A DNA stretch of 63,974 nucleotides, filler included, from Octopus bimaculoides (Eukaryota), in NCBI RefSeq assembly GCF_001194135.2. It is 5 parts of 5 records of this genome, joined end to end, with 100 filler letters (N's around TTAATTAATTAA, not from the genome) between each part and the next. Parts side by side here need not be neighbours in the genome. Positions count along the whole stretch, not along the records: positions 33,143 to 51,785 come from NC_069007.1; positions 51,886 to 62,817 come from NC_068992.1; 3 more parts are not named here. One strand, 5' to 3'. This document shows positions 47,929-61,877 of the stretch, one piece after another. Numbering within the stretch: the first letter of the stretch is position 1; the number at the start of each line of letters is the position of its first letter. The position numbers were made by a program, and so were the translations under genes. Under the pieces are notes generated by a model, which saw only the letters and a program-made list of their open reading frames with translations, ran no database searches and was not told where the DNA came from.

Positions 47929-48599
47929 AGACGTATATACATATAAGTACATGTGTGTATATATATATGTGTGTGTGTGTGTGTAAATGAATATTAATAC
48001 ATAGGTATGTATGCACACAGATAAATATACATACATTTAAACACATATATACACATACCTATATACATGTAGATAACATATATGCATATATATATAACAT
48101 ATGTATGTATGTATTAAGTATGTATACGTGTGTGTATGTATATATGCAACAATGGTCAGAATACTCTGGTCACACAAATATATATGCAAATACATACATT
48201 ACATACTCACCTATATACACACACACAACACACACACCGAGTCGAGGTTTATTAACACAGCTCTGGAGACGCTCGCATACATCTAATAACTGCCTGCAGA
48301 AGAATGTTGCAATATATATCATACAAACTGTAATTTGTCTGACTCCCAAGAAAGTAGTTTCTATCGACCAAGCACCGAGCGGGAGAAGTGAGTGACTGAT
48401 TTCGAAGTCTAAGTGACGGATAAACCATATTAAAGTTTGCTCACCCATATGTTTGAACGTTAGTACTGTCCGGCTCAGTACAGGGACAGCGGTCAGAGAA
48501 ACTGACGGCGATGTTGGCACGCGGTTTATGGCCGCTTCGGTAGCACAATACGGTAAGGTGTTAAGAGCAGATGTGAAAAAAATAGTGGCAGGATGGAGG

Positions 48600-49297
48600 A
48601 ACATTTATTAGGATCTTTTCACTTCAATGCACTTGTTGTAGCCACTTCATGAAGGCCTCATGAAGACCTCATGTTGTAACCACTTCATGAAGGCCTCATT
48701 AAGGCCTCATGTTGTAACCACTTCATGAAGGCCTCATGTTGTAGCCACTTCATGAAGGCCTCATGAAGACCTCATGNNNNNNNNNNGAAGACCTCATGTT
48801 GTAACCACTTCATGAAGGCCTCATTAAGGCCTCATGTTGTAGCCACTTCATGAAGGCCTCTCATGAAGGCCTCATGTTGTGAATAATTTTGTGTACAGTT
48901 GTCACATCAACCCCAAACTATATGCTTATCACCATTCTAGACACACGACGATCTTCATCCAGAAAACCGCGTAAAAGTTAATCCATAAGTAATCAGGAGC
49001 ATTTTATAACTTCCTGTAGCCTTTTTCCCAGTTCGACACGAAACTTTGTTGTGTAGCGTCCTTCCAAACTGCCTTCCGGTTCTGACTGCGTTCTACAATC
49101 TAGTCAACTATGACTAGCAGTGTTTTGTAGCGCGTAATTAAAGTGCTGTTCCAACCGTCTCCTTTAAACTGCAATAACAACACTCAAGAGGTCAGCTTAT
49201 AAGATGTATAGTAACGGTGTACTAAAATTACGATAATTTCCGGCAGTTATAACTGCCTCTTCTAAAACCGTCGCATAAATTCTGTAAGCAACTCGTA
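48600..49297 (-). mobile_element. Internally deleted mariner element with a minisatellite at the deletion junction
   Basis: Minus strand TIR TACGAGTTGCTTACAGAATTTATGCGAC (from 49297; TA outside) with a subterminal block like the 34315 end. N-terminal LDEDRRVSRMVISI*FGVDVTTVHKIIHNM is joined to C-terminal AFMKWLQ..KCIEV. Confidence 0.75.
48634..48880. repeat. Minisatellite of 27-nt and 11-nt units
   Basis: TGTTGTA(G/A)CCACTTCATGAAGGCCTCA (27 nt) interspersed with TGAAGACCTCA/TTAAGGCCTCA (11 nt). A 10-N gap lies inside. Confidence 0.9.
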
Positions 49298-49804
49298 TAT
49301 TTCTAAGACAGGTTTCCACTAAAATGGTGATAAGACAATACCTTTTCTCTTTTCCTTCTCTTAGTCATTAGACTACGGCAACGTTGGAGCACCACCTTCA
49401 AAGGTTTTAGTCGACGAAAATGACAACGGAACACGTTTTCTCGCAGCAGGAAGGCAAAATAAATGTTCCTGTGAAATACAAAGTTCCTAACAGAAGGAAT
49501 TTCAATTTCTTAGCATAATTTTTCACCGAAAGTTCATTCTATGTCGCAACTTCGAAATATATCAATATGTCGATATTGTATTTTCAAAACAAATGGGAAA
49601 ATATATGGAAAAAAAAACAAAAAAACCCCAAAAAAGAGAAAAGGAGAATTTAGAATTTATTTCCTTTTCTATTTTTTTTTCTCGTTTATTAAGTTATTGG
49701 AAGAAGAGAAATTTTAAAGTTCGATATGATTTGTCATCACACACAGATACAAACACACACACACGCTTGAAACATGCACACATACACAGACGTTTGCCTG
49801 TACC

Positions 49805-49851
<47 letters not shown>

Positions 49852-49903
49852 ATGCATATAAACATATATGTATATGCACATGAAGATATCTTTATGTATA
49901 TAT

Positions 49904-49936
<33 letters not shown>

Positions 49937-50046
49937 AGTATATACTCTAAATATATGTACATATATATATATATGTATGTATGTACGTATATGCATATAA
50001 ATATAAATATATCTGTGTGTATATACAAACATATATACATTTATAC

Positions 50047-50080
<34 letters not shown>

Positions 50081-51561
50081 GTGTGTGTGTGTATAAATAT
50101 ATATGAATGTATCGTTAAGAGGAATCCACTAAAGATCTCCATAAACAAGAGTTTAGATTGATGTAATTTAATATAATGTATTTTGTAGACTAACTAAATA
50201 TAATCAATTCAAGATAGATACGTGCATTAAAATTAACAAACACAGGCACACACACACACACACAGACATACACATTTATATATATAGATAGATAGATATG
50301 CTTATACATAAATATATATATATATATATANNNNNNNNNNNNNNNNNNNNNNNNNNNNNNNNNNNNNNNNNNNNNNNNNNNNNNNNNNNNNNNNNNNNNN
50401 NNNNNNNNNNNNNNNNNNNNNNNNNNNNNNNNNNNNNNNNNNNNNNNNNNNNNNNNNNNNNNNNNNNNNNNNNNNNNNNNNNNNNNNNNNNNNNNNNNNN
50501 NNNNNNNNNNNNNNNNNNNNNNNNNNNNNNNNNNNNNNNNNNNNNNNNNNNNNNNNNNNNNNNNNNNNNNNNNNNNNNNNNNNNNNNNNNNNNNNNNNNN
50601 NNNNNNNNNNNNNNNNNNNNNNNNNNNNNNNNNNNNNNNNNNNNNNNNNNNNNNNNNNNNNNNNNNNNNNNNNNNNNNNNNNNNNNNNNNNNNNNNNNNN
50701 NNNNNNNNNNNNNNNNNNNNNNNNNNNNNNNNNNNNNNNNNNNNNNNNNNNNNNNNNNNNNNNNNNNNNNNNNNNNNNNNNNTATATAATGTATAGCATG
50801 TGCAATGGCATTTGTTTAGTATCAGCTCACTCTTATCATTTTTCTATGACATGGATAAAAAAAAACGTTGTTTGAGATTTTCTTCTGATTTTTTTTTTTT
50901 TTTTACATTACTGATTGTTTTTTGTTTGTATTTTTTTTTCTTCTTTTTTTTATCGTTTGACTTCTTCGCCCAGTTTCGCTAGAAAATTCTTTACTCTACG
51001 CAACAGACAGAAAAATCAAGAAACTTACGTCTCTATTTGTATTTACATATATATATACACACATGTATATACACACTTGTGTATACACACATGTATAAAA
51101 ATCATTTATATATATATATTATTGACGTCATAAGAATTTCATAAACTTTTAAATGACAGTGAAATTATTCTTTTTGGAATAGTGTATTTCGAAGCGCACA
51201 CACACACTCACACACACACACGAGCATATATATATATATATATATGTGTAGGGGGGTGCTTTGCAAACAACTTGCACATCCAAGTGCTACCAGTCGAGAA
51301 CTCCACATACCGGAAGCCAGCAAATGTATGGGGTCATCAGAAGAGAATGTGTGCCGTTTCGGGGCCTACCTCTCGACGGCATCAATGTTCACCGGCCTCC
51401 CGCACTGATATTAGGCCCCGCTTGCTAGATCAGCTGGTTATCCAAGACTGCTAGCCTTGGCTATGTCAAGATGGATTTTTATGTATTCTTCTTCCCACTT
51501 AGATTTTAAATGTTGCCACAATTATAATATGTCTATTCTACTGCAATTTTCTACATTCTTG

Positions 51562-51649
51562 TGCAGCTGAAGATTGCCCTACATATTGCATTTAATGTAA
51601 TGCTCGCATTACTTAAATAAATTGAGTAGCATGAAACGTGCGTAGTGCA
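51562..51649 (+). ncRNA. Type I hammerhead with intact core and long stem II (HHR-F)
   Basis: UGCAG CUGAAGA(51567-73) U UGC[CC]UAC...GUAGCA U GAAA(51633-36) CGUGCG UA(51643-44) GUGCA. Stem III ACGUGCGU is self-complementary with G-U pairs. G.G mismatch at the base of stem I. Confidence 0.7.
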
Positions 51650-51785
51650 ATAATCTTTAAAATCCGTGTTGCTTTTTTTGATCACCTTGTTTTTGGAATT
51701 GTTTTTGTATAATACCATACTATATTCTGGTGCCTAAACATAAGTACCACATTCAACTTTGAATCTAAATCTAAATCTTTATATA

Positions 51786-51885
51786 NNNNNNNNNNNNNNN
51801 NNNNNNNNNNNNNNNNNNNNNNNNNNNNNTTAATTAATTAANNNNNNNNNNNNNNNNNNNNNNNNNNNNNNNNNNNNNNNNNNNN
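51786..51885. other. Artificial scaffold-joining spacer
   Basis: 44N + TTAATTAATTAA (51830-51841) + 44N. Confidence 0.95.
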
Positions 51886-51921
51886 TATTTATTTATGCAT
51901 TGAGAGAGAGAGAAAGTAAAA

Positions 51922-51964
<43 letters not shown>

Positions 51965-52010
51965 TTGTCTATCTATCTATGTTTGTGTGTACAGAGAGTG
52001 GAGAGAGAGA

Positions 52011-52054
<44 letters not shown>

Positions 52055-52968
52055 TGGGATAAAGAGAGAATGCAAGGAAGGAAGAAGGGAGCATGGAGAC
52101 ATTGGTATATGTGATGAAGAGAAATAGATGGATTGAGAAAATGTCGGAAAACAGCAAAGAGGAGACAGGAAGGAAGAGAGAAAAGCTAGAAAACAAGACA
52201 AACTTCAGAAATACACACACACATGTACTTAGAAAAAGTCAGACAGACACAGACAAAGTAAGAAAGTGAGAAAGAGAAAGAGAGAGAGAGAGAGAGGGGG
52301 TGAGAGACAGACAGAGAGCAGGGATAGAGTGAAGCAGAGTAAAAGTAGAGAAAGAGAGTGAAACAGAAGATGAGAGAAAAGAAAGGAAAAAAAAAAACGA
52401 GAGCCCATGTATGTGTTACAAAGAAGCCTAAACTAAAATCTGAATGTTGACAATACTGTGGTTTTGAAGTAGAAATTAATTTTTATTCCGGTTCTGTATA
52501 GAGGTAATTGGAATTCTTTAAAAAAGAAATAAAAATTCATGGAGAATTTTATATAATGGAAATAATGACATAGATTTCTTTTGTGGTTTTTATATGCTAT
52601 TCAATACGGATTTCTCAATATTTTTCTCTTGTGTTTCCTTGATTGTTTCCCTTGTGTTATTCTTGTTTGTTTGTTTGTTTGTTTGTATCTTAATTTATCC
52701 GATATCAAAATCTTAGTAAAGATTTCCTTTCAGATACAAGATATATCAGTGAATCGAAAATTTGTATGAGAATATTTTATTTCCATAAATGAAATTACTT
52801 CCAGCGATATATGTTTAGGTATACATACATACATACATACAAACACACACACACACATATGTATGTGTATGCATTATGTGTTTGTTTATCTGTATTTGTG
52901 TGTGTCTCTGTGCGAGTTATATAAATATATATATCTAAATATATACACACATATATATGTGAATATAT

Positions 52969-53007
<39 letters not shown>

Positions 53008-53832
53008 NNNNNNNNNNNNNNNNNNNNNNNNNNNNNNNNNNNNNNNNNNNNNNNNNNNNNNNNNNNNNNNNNNNNNNNNNNNNNNNNNNNNNNNNNNNNN
53101 NNNNNNNNNNNNNNNNNNNNNNNNNNNNNNNNNNNNNNNNNNNNNNNNNNNNNNNNNNNNNNNNNNNNNNNNNNNNNNNNNNNNNNNNNNNNNNNNNNNN
53201 NNNNNNNNNNNNNNNNNNNNNNNNNNNNNNNNNNNNNNNNNNNNNNNNNNNNNNNNNNNNNNNNNNNNNNNNNNNNNNNNNNNNNNNNNNNNNNNNNNNN
53301 NNNNNNNNNNNNNNNNNNNNNNNNNNNNNNNNNNNNNNNNNNNNNNNNNNNNNNNNNNNNNNNNNNNNNNNNNNNNNGTGTGTGTATATATATATATGTG
53401 TGTGTGTGTATGTGTGTGTGCGCTAGAATATGTAAATCTAAGCGTACATACGTATACATTTATATGTACGCTTGTACAGGCATGCACATAATTAGGCTGG
53501 CACATACGTACAAACACACGCATACACACACACACACACATCTATATAGAAATGACCAAGAATATAGGATCAAGTAAAAGGAAAATGGAGTCAATTAAAA
53601 TAAAGTATAAGCGAAAAGAGTAAAAGAGAGGAATGTGAGGTGACGTGGAAAACGAAATAATGCTGAAAAGAAACCAAACCAATAATATATGAATATAAAA
53701 ACAAACATCCAAGTAATGATATTGCTTATATGTGTATATATATCTATGCGCACAAACACGCGCACACACATCACATTATCACACGCAGACCTGCAAACAC
53801 AAATATATACAACTCTTATATATACACATACG

Positions 53833-53873
<41 letters not shown>

Positions 53874-53900
53874 GTATGCACCTCTGTCTATCTATCTATC

Positions 53901-53962
<62 letters not shown>

Positions 53963-55439
53963 CATGTCTGTATATCTGCCTGTCTGTACGTATGTACATA
54001 TGTATGTATGTATGTATGTGTGCATGTATGTATGTATGTCTGTCAGTGTCTGTATGATATANNNNNNNNNNNNNNNNNNNNNNNNNNNNNNNNNNNNNNN
54101 NNNNNNNNNNNNNNNNNNNNNNNNNNNNNNNNNNNNNNNNNNNNNNNNNNNNNNNNNNNNNNNNNNNNNNNNNNNNNNNNNNNNNNNNNNNNNNNNNNNN
54201 NNNNNNNNNNNNNNNNNNNNNNNNNNNNNNNNNNNNNNNNNNNNNNNNNNNNNNNNNNNNNNNNNNNNNNNNNNNNNNNNNNNNNNNNNNNNNNNNNNNN
54301 NNNNNNNNNNNNNNNNNNNNNNNNNNNNNNNNNNNNNNNNNNNNNNNNNNNNNNNNNNNNNNNNNNNNNNNNNNNNNNNNNNNNNNNNNNNNNNNNNNNN
54401 NNNNNNNNNNNNNNNNNNNNNNNNNNNNNNNNNNNNNNNNNNNNNNNNNNNNNNNNNNNNNNNNNNNNNNNNNNNNNNNNNNNNNNNNNNNNNNNNNNNN
54501 NNNNNNNNNNNNNNNNNNNNNNNNNNNNNNNNNNNNNNNNNNNNNNNNNNNNNNNNNNNNNNNNNNNNNNNNNNNNNNNNNNNNNNNNNNNNNNNNNNNN
54601 NNNNNNNNNNNNNNNNNNNNNNNNNNNNNNNNNNNNNNNNNNNNNNNNNNNNNNNNNNNATATACGCGTGTGCTTTTACGTATGAGTTCGTGTGTCTTTG
54701 TATTAGTGATCGTACTATCCCCTGCTTGACAACCGGTTTTTTTTTCCGTCCCCGTGACTTAGACTCTGGCGAAAGAGACCGCTAGTGTAAGTACCAAAAA
54801 AAAAAGAAAAAGAAGAACTGGGATCGTTTTGTTTAACTAAAACCTTCCTTGATACAACAAGGAAAATATTTTCTTCTCTTGGTAATTGAAATCTACCACT
54901 GTGTGTCCCTATTTTCGATGCATCGTAGTAATAAAACATAGAAATACTGTATACAAAACACTGTGAATTTCAAATATTAAATATTAATTTCAAAAATTAC
55001 TTTTTTTAGAAGTGAATAATTATTTCTGTCATTTTCTTCCCTCAACTCTTTTGTATCATTTAAATATATTTTCCTGACTCGGTATGTTCTCTGTTTGAGA
55101 CATTAAGGCTTTTCGCTTTCCCATGATTTATAAAGGTTTGTAAAACAGAATATTCTTCCGTTGTAAATTCTTTCTGTTTGAATTATAGATTTTATATGAA
55201 AGAAAGAAAAAAGAAGATAATATATCTGATAGAATTAATAATTTATTTTCGCTACCTGAGCTAGATTATGTTCTCTTCTCTATCTACATATATATTTTAC
55301 AATAACCAAAAGCTGGTCAATATCTTCTGCACACTAAAACACTCTCATATACACACACAGACGCACATATATGTGTAGTATGGACTCTTCCGTCGGAAAT
55401 GTGTGTTGTATATTAGCGCTTTCTCTTTATTAAATGGTC

Positions 55440-55585
55440 GTTATCTGAATAGCAACACGGGGGTACCAGGCATCAGGTATCGAATAGATCGCAGAGAAAC
55501 GTGAGATGGAGTGTTCTGCTTAAGAACACAATGCACCACCCGGTCTTGGAATTGAAGCTCTAACCACTAAGCCATGTGTCCTCAC
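55440..55585 (-). mobile_element. Degraded tRNA-SINE head with internal deletion
   Basis: Minus strand TGGCTTAGTGGTTAGAGC..TTCAATTCCAAGACCGGG...TTGTGTTCTTAAGCAGAACACT. Confidence 0.6.
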
Positions 55586-55659
55586 ACACGCACATGCACA
55601 CACACAACACACACCACACATACACACAATACACATACACACAACACATATACACACAC

Positions 55660-55724
<65 letters not shown>

Positions 55725-56351
55725 TGCAGGTATATCCAGTATTAATTCTTGATTTATTGAATTATCTCGTAATTACCAAATGTCACTTAAGAGCAGCTGC
55801 GATTGAGAAGAAGAGATAATCTAGAATATCTGTAATTCTACGAATTTGACTAGTCATTAAGGAAATGGACAGGCCTACAATCCAGAGTCGAGAGAACAAT
55901 TGAGGATACACGTCTCTGGCTCATTATCTGTCACCAATGCAACACTTGTCCAGTGGCCGTATCGCCAGCAGTCCATACAGGGGCTGAAACTTACAGAAAA
56001 AGAACACATTTATGGTCAAGGAAATTTGCATAGTATAAACAACAAATGAGTTAACAGAAATAATTCAGGGTACAAATTTGAGCGACACAGGCGAAGACAG
56101 GCATATCAAATAACAAACAACGTAAATTGCTAATGTTTTTAAAGCACATGAAATGGTGCTTATACAGAACAGAAGACAATATACTAACTTTATCATTAAA
56201 AAATGTAATTACATTTAATAGGTCAATATCGTCCACCCGCATTTAAATATTTTACGAATGGTCCATCTGGTAGACGAGGACTTTATCTATAGATGAGTAG
56301 TACCCGTTTCAATGTTCTTAATTTTGTGAAGCTTAAGGTAATGGCACTATG

Positions 56352-56384
<33 letters not shown>

Positions 56385-57139
56385 NNNNNNNNNNNNNNNN
56401 NNNNNNNNNNNNNNNNNNNNNNNNNNNNNNNNNNNNNNNNNNNNNNNNNNNNNNNNNNNNNNNNNNNNNNNNNNNNNNNNNNNNNNNNNNNNNNNNNNNN
56501 NNNNNNNNNNNNNNNNNNNNNNNNNNNNNNNNNNNNNNNNNNNNNNNNNNNNNNNNNNNNNNNNNNNNNNNNNNNNNNNNNNNNNNNNNNNNNNNNNNNN
56601 NNNNNNNNNNNNNNNNNNNNNNNNNNNNNNNNNNNNNNNNNNNNNNNNNNNNNNNNNNNNNNNNNNNNNNNNNNNNNNNNNNNNNNNNNNNNNNNNNNNN
56701 NNNNNNNNNNNNNNNNNNNNNNNNNNNNNNNNNNNNNNNNNNNNNNNNNNNNNNNNNNNNNNNNNNNNNNNNNNNNNNNNNNNNNNNNNNNNNNNNNNNN
56801 NNNNNNNNNNNNNNNNNNNNNNNNNNNNNNNNNNNNNNNNNNNNNNNNNNNNNNNNNNNNNNNNNNNNNNNNNNNNNNNNNNNNNNNNNNNNNNNNNNNN
56901 NNNNNNNNNNNNNNNNNNNNNNNNNNNNNNNNNNNNNNNNNNNNNNNNNNNNNNNNNNNNNNNNNNNNNNNNNNNNNNNNNNNNNNNNNNNNNNNNNNNN
57001 NNNNNNNNNNNNNNNNNNNNNNNNNNNNNNNNNNNNNNNNNNNNNNNNNNNNNNNNNNNNNNNNNNNNNNNNNNNNNATATATATACGTATATATACATA
57101 CATATATAATACGCACACACACATAGACATACACACATG

Positions 57140-57177
<38 letters not shown>

Positions 57178-57781
57178 CACACTCAATGTAAGCACGCATA
57201 TATACATACACACTTATAAATATTTTTCTGAAATGTAAATGGTTCTAGCTATATATTTAGTATTTTGTTCTAGTTTATCGAAACGCATTTTAATTCTTTT
57301 ATTACTAGTTCCACACTTTTCTCCGTTCCAGTTTAGTAACATCATTATTAGAACGAAAAGGTTTTACCCTGCCATTCGTTACATAATATGTAACACTACC
57401 TTAGTTAATCTCTTACGCGTTTTCAAGCGAAATAACACACCTATTGTTGGACTCAACGTTACAATAAAACATGCTCCCCCACAGAATTGATACTTTTTTC
57501 ATTATATTCTAAATAGACTATTTCTAATTTATGATCCTGTCAAACCATTAGTTCGAGAAGACAGTAAGTTTGAAATATTTAGAAGTCTGTCATTAATCAT
57601 TATATTTATAAATAAATATTTACTCTCTTGTGATTCTTGACTCTTGTGTCCACAACATTATTGTGGCCTCTAGTGTTATACATGTGTGTGTGTATATGTA
57701 TATATGTATATATACAGATAGATGAGTTTGTATACATAGATATGTGCGTATGTATATATATATTTATCTCTATATATATTG

Positions 57782-57829
<48 letters not shown>

Positions 57830-58710
57830 TATATGTACATAATCATTTGTGTATGTATATATACATAGATATATGCGTATTTTAATATGTATATATATAT
57901 ATATATGAGATCATATGTATGTGTGTATAAATATATACATATATATTGTATGTGTGTTTTGAGTGGGGAGCGAACAGTAGAAACCGTCTGAATGATATAT
58001 TTTCAAGTTCCACACATTGACTGAAAATGGCATTTAAGTATGGTAGAATGAATATGAAACAAAAGTTACGATAGAATGCACATGTACACACAAATATTCG
58101 CGCGAACACATACATATATATACAATTTCACATACATACATACATGTATACATATAGACACAAAACGACTCACACCCAGAGAAATACATATACACAACAC
58201 ACAAAACCACACGACACACATGTTAATCACGCAGGGAAATTTCTCATAAATACACAGCTGAATAGAACAATTAAGTAAACAAATTAAGACGGCAAAAGCA
58301 GAAATAATAATGTTATTCTCCTGATAATGAACATTCAAGAGAGGAAAGCGGAATAATAATTGAAAGGAAATCCACTCATGAATGAAGATTGATGGAAACA
58401 AAACTAACACAAATACACACAAAAAAAAAAACTCATCTAAAGCATAAAACAACTTAAAACCATAACAAACTAGAGAAACAATAACAACAATGGCTAAAAC
58501 CACTGCATCTACTACAACAGAGACAACAACGACGTGATAACCTGGTCCACCATTCTTCCTGTTCTATGACCAAAGGTAGCAGTACCAGAGTTGCGTCTTG
58601 TCAAGTATCTGTTATCAAGCAATACATTTTAATGGGAGTCTAAATAGTGAGTTATAATGACTAGTGAGGCAAAGATAATTAAGATATGACACAAGACAAA
58701 TACTGAAACA

Positions 58711-58749
<39 letters not shown>

Positions 58750-59077
58750 CACACACACACGTATATATGTATATATATATGTACATATATATTTATTTAT
58801 TTTATATATGTATATACATATACATATACATATACATATCTATATGTATATATGAATACTATACATATATGCATATAAAACTATAGAGATGTATATTCAT
58901 ACATAAACATAGATGGATGCATACACACTCCTGTTCAAACGTGCACAAGTTTTCTTTTAAAACTTTTCTCCTGTATCCATCAGGGAATTTGCGCGCACAC
59001 GCACAGAATTTTACACAAACATATTCACTTACATAAATTTATATACACATATGTAATTATTTACAAAAATATATGCA

Positions 59078-59120
<43 letters not shown>

Positions 59121-60039
59121 AAGTATCTGTCGATATATATATGAAGAGAAAGTATATCTATCTATATCCATATGCATTTGCCGGTTAATTTACAGGACAG
59201 ACGACTCAGCATGTCTCCATGCAAATCAACATCGTGTAAGTTGATGGAGACCTTCTAATTACATTCTTAAAATGGANNNNNNNNNNNNNNNNNNNNNNNN
59301 NNNNNNNNNNNNNNNNNNNNNNNNNNNNNNNNNNNNNNNNNNNNNNNNNNNNNNNNNNNNNNNNNNNNNNNNNNNNNNNNNNNNNNNNNNNNNNNNNNNN
59401 NNNNNNNNNNNNNNNNNNNNNNNNNNNNNNNNNNNNNNNNNNNNNNNNNNNNNNNNNNNNNNNNNNNNNNNNNNNNNNNNNNNNNNNNNNNNNNNNNNNN
59501 NNNNNNNNNNNNNNNNNNNNNNNNNNNNNNNNNNNNNNNNNNNNNNNNNNNNNNNNNNNNNNNNNNNNNNNNNNNNNNNNNNNNNNNNNNNNNNNNNNNN
59601 NNNNNNNNNNNNNNNNNNNNNNNNNNNNNNNNNNNNNNNNNNNNNNNNNNNNNNNNNNNNNNNNNNNNNNNNNNNNNNNNNNNNNNNNNNNNNNNNNNNN
59701 NNNNNNNNNNNNNNNNNNNNNNNNNNNNNNNNNNNNNNNNNNNNNNNNNNNNNNNNNNNNNNNNNNNNNNNNNNNNNNNNNNNNNNNNNNNNNNNNNNNN
59801 NNNNNNNNNNNNNNNNNNNNNNNNNNNNNNNNNNNNNNNNNNNNNNNNNNNNNNNNNNNNNNNNNNNNNNNNNNNNNNNNNNNNNNNNNNNNNNNNNNNN
59901 NNNNNNNNNNNNNNNNNNNNNNNNNNNNNNNNNNNNNNNNNNNNNNNNNNNNNNNNNNNNNNNNNNNNNNNNNNNNNNNNNNNNNNNNNNNNNNNNNNNN
60001 NNNNNNNNNNNNNNNNNTATATATATATATATATATATT

Positions 60040-61290
60040 GAGGGCTCGAATACTGTTATCATCTACCTTGATTTCAGCAAGGCCTTTGACAGGGTGGATC
60101 ATAAGATCCCCTTGAAAAAAGCTATCCAGTATTGGTGTCTCTGGAAAATTACTACAATGTATCGAGGGTTTCCTGACAGGCAGAACTCAACACGTTGTAG
60201 TCGAAGTAATAAAATCAATCTCAGCCAAATTCAGTAGTGGTGTCCCTCAACGTACTGAGTTGGGCCCACTTCTTTTCGTCATCTACATCAATGACATTAG
60301 TGACATCATCAAGCACAGTGACATAAGAATATTTGCAGATGATTACAAGATCCAGAAGGTCATCAATGAAGTAGGTGAACGGGAATGCCTTCAGTCAGAT
60401 CTACTGGCTGTCATCCAATGGGTGGATAAGAATATTAAACTGCTGAACGAGGACAAATTTCAGTTAATCCACTTCGGGAAAGAGAATACCCTGAAGCTGA
60501 CATACTCCCTTCTTTCAGGTGAAACCCTCATGTCACCCAACAACATCAGGAACTTGGGAGTAATTGTGGACAATAATACAAGCTGGGCCGCTTATGTAAA
60601 CAGCAAAGTTGACATGGCCCGCAGAATGTGTTCCTGGATTCCCAGAACTTTCCAGTAGAGAGATATCCATACTATTATCCTTTCCTTCTGCACTTTTGCC
60701 CGACCCCACCTTGGAAACTGCTGTCAATTGTGGTGTCCCCACACGAAACAATGTATCATGAAAACTGAAGCACCTCTAAGGTCAATTACGAAGAGATAGA
60801 TGGCATGACCGGCCTTAACTATTGTGGTCGACTAGAAAAGCTCAAGCTTTATTCTCTCCAACACTGCCGTGAGCGCTACAGTATCTGCATGATGTGGAAA
60901 ATATTCCATCAACATTGCCCAAATGATGTTGGCATCGCCTTTAAGATACATCCAAGACTTGGGCCCTGTGCTAACCGCCCACAACGAAAATCATATTCGC
61001 ATCACATAACAATTATACGGCACAATTATTCCACTTCCGTTAGCCCCGCTCTCTTTAACATTACACCAAAACTCATTAAAGCAGAAACAGGCCCCAGAAA
61101 GTTCAAGAAGTCTTTGGACAAATTCCTTCAAAAAATCCTGGATAATCCTCCTACACCCGGATATGTCTCCGTAAACAATAACTCTCTACTTAAGTGGGAC
61201 ATGTTGTCCGATTCCTGATTTGAATGACTTTGTCAGGTGGTGCTATTAAGTTAGACATGGCCTGGAGCAACGCTGGTTGAAACCTATCAA
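60040..61290 (+). pseudogene. CR1-group LINE: RT, C-terminal region and 3' UTR
   Basis: IIYLDFSKAFDRVDH; SGVPQ.T.LGPLLFVIYIND; IFADDYK; NLGVIVD; RLEKLKLYSLQHCRERY...MWKI. Several frameshifts and stops. Confidence 0.92.
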
Positions 61291-61299
61291 AGTATAAAA

Positions 61300-61587
61300 G
61301 TACTGTTTTCATTCTCTCTGCTTTATTTTCCTCTTATTCCTTTCTGTTGAAGAGCGTAGGCTCAAAACATAAAAGTCTTTTACATTTTTCCCATGCGTCA
61401 AACTAATACACTTGGTTGTTGTTCATACACCCGTTTTCGTTTTTTGTTTTTCCACAAATTTTAACTAGGTAGATAGATATAGATGTATATCTACCTATAT
61501 ATCTATCTACACACACACACACACACACACACANNNNNNNNNNNNNNNNNNNNNNNNNNNNNNNNNNNNNNNNNNNNNNNNNNNNNN

Positions 61588-61621
<34 letters not shown>

Positions 61622-61740
61622 AAATTTGTTGAGAAACAAAACACGAAGACAGGTGTATGAACAACAAGCAAGTGTATTAGTTTGACGCATGGCAAAATAA
61701 GGAAAATGAGAGGAAAATAAACAGAAAGAGAATGAAAAAA
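61300..61740. mobile_element. Tail-to-tail inverted pair of PLE terminal repeats across a small gap
   Basis: 61330-61470 (+) and 61620-61740 (-) share CCATGCGTCAAACTAATACACTTG.TTGTTGTTCATACACC with each other and, less exactly, with 33570-33640. Confidence 0.75.
61340..61375 (+). ncRNA. Inactivated A6U-type hammerhead (HHR-G)
   Basis: CUUU CUGUUGA A GAGC GUAG GCUC AAAA CA UA AAAG. G12A plus loss of the ACGU palindrome; both changes are CpG-to-CpA. Confidence 0.7.
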
Positions 61741-61877
61741 GACTTGTAGATTTCAGCGGAGGAGTTAAGAGTCTATACAAATAAAATATTATGGTTGAAG
61801 ACGTAAATGAAGTTGGGAAAAACACAAAAGTATACTTTAGAGATTGATTAATAGTTTTGTTACAGCGAGTGATTTAA

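Noticed and set aside
48634-48880. CRISPR-like array
   Set aside because: There are no unique spacers, the context is eukaryotic, and the units derive from mariner sequence.
59180-59276. Short minus-strand peptide KVSINLHDVDLHGDMLSRLSCKLTGKC as a host exon
   Set aside because: No canonical donor site, adjacent to a large gap, and no recognisable homology.
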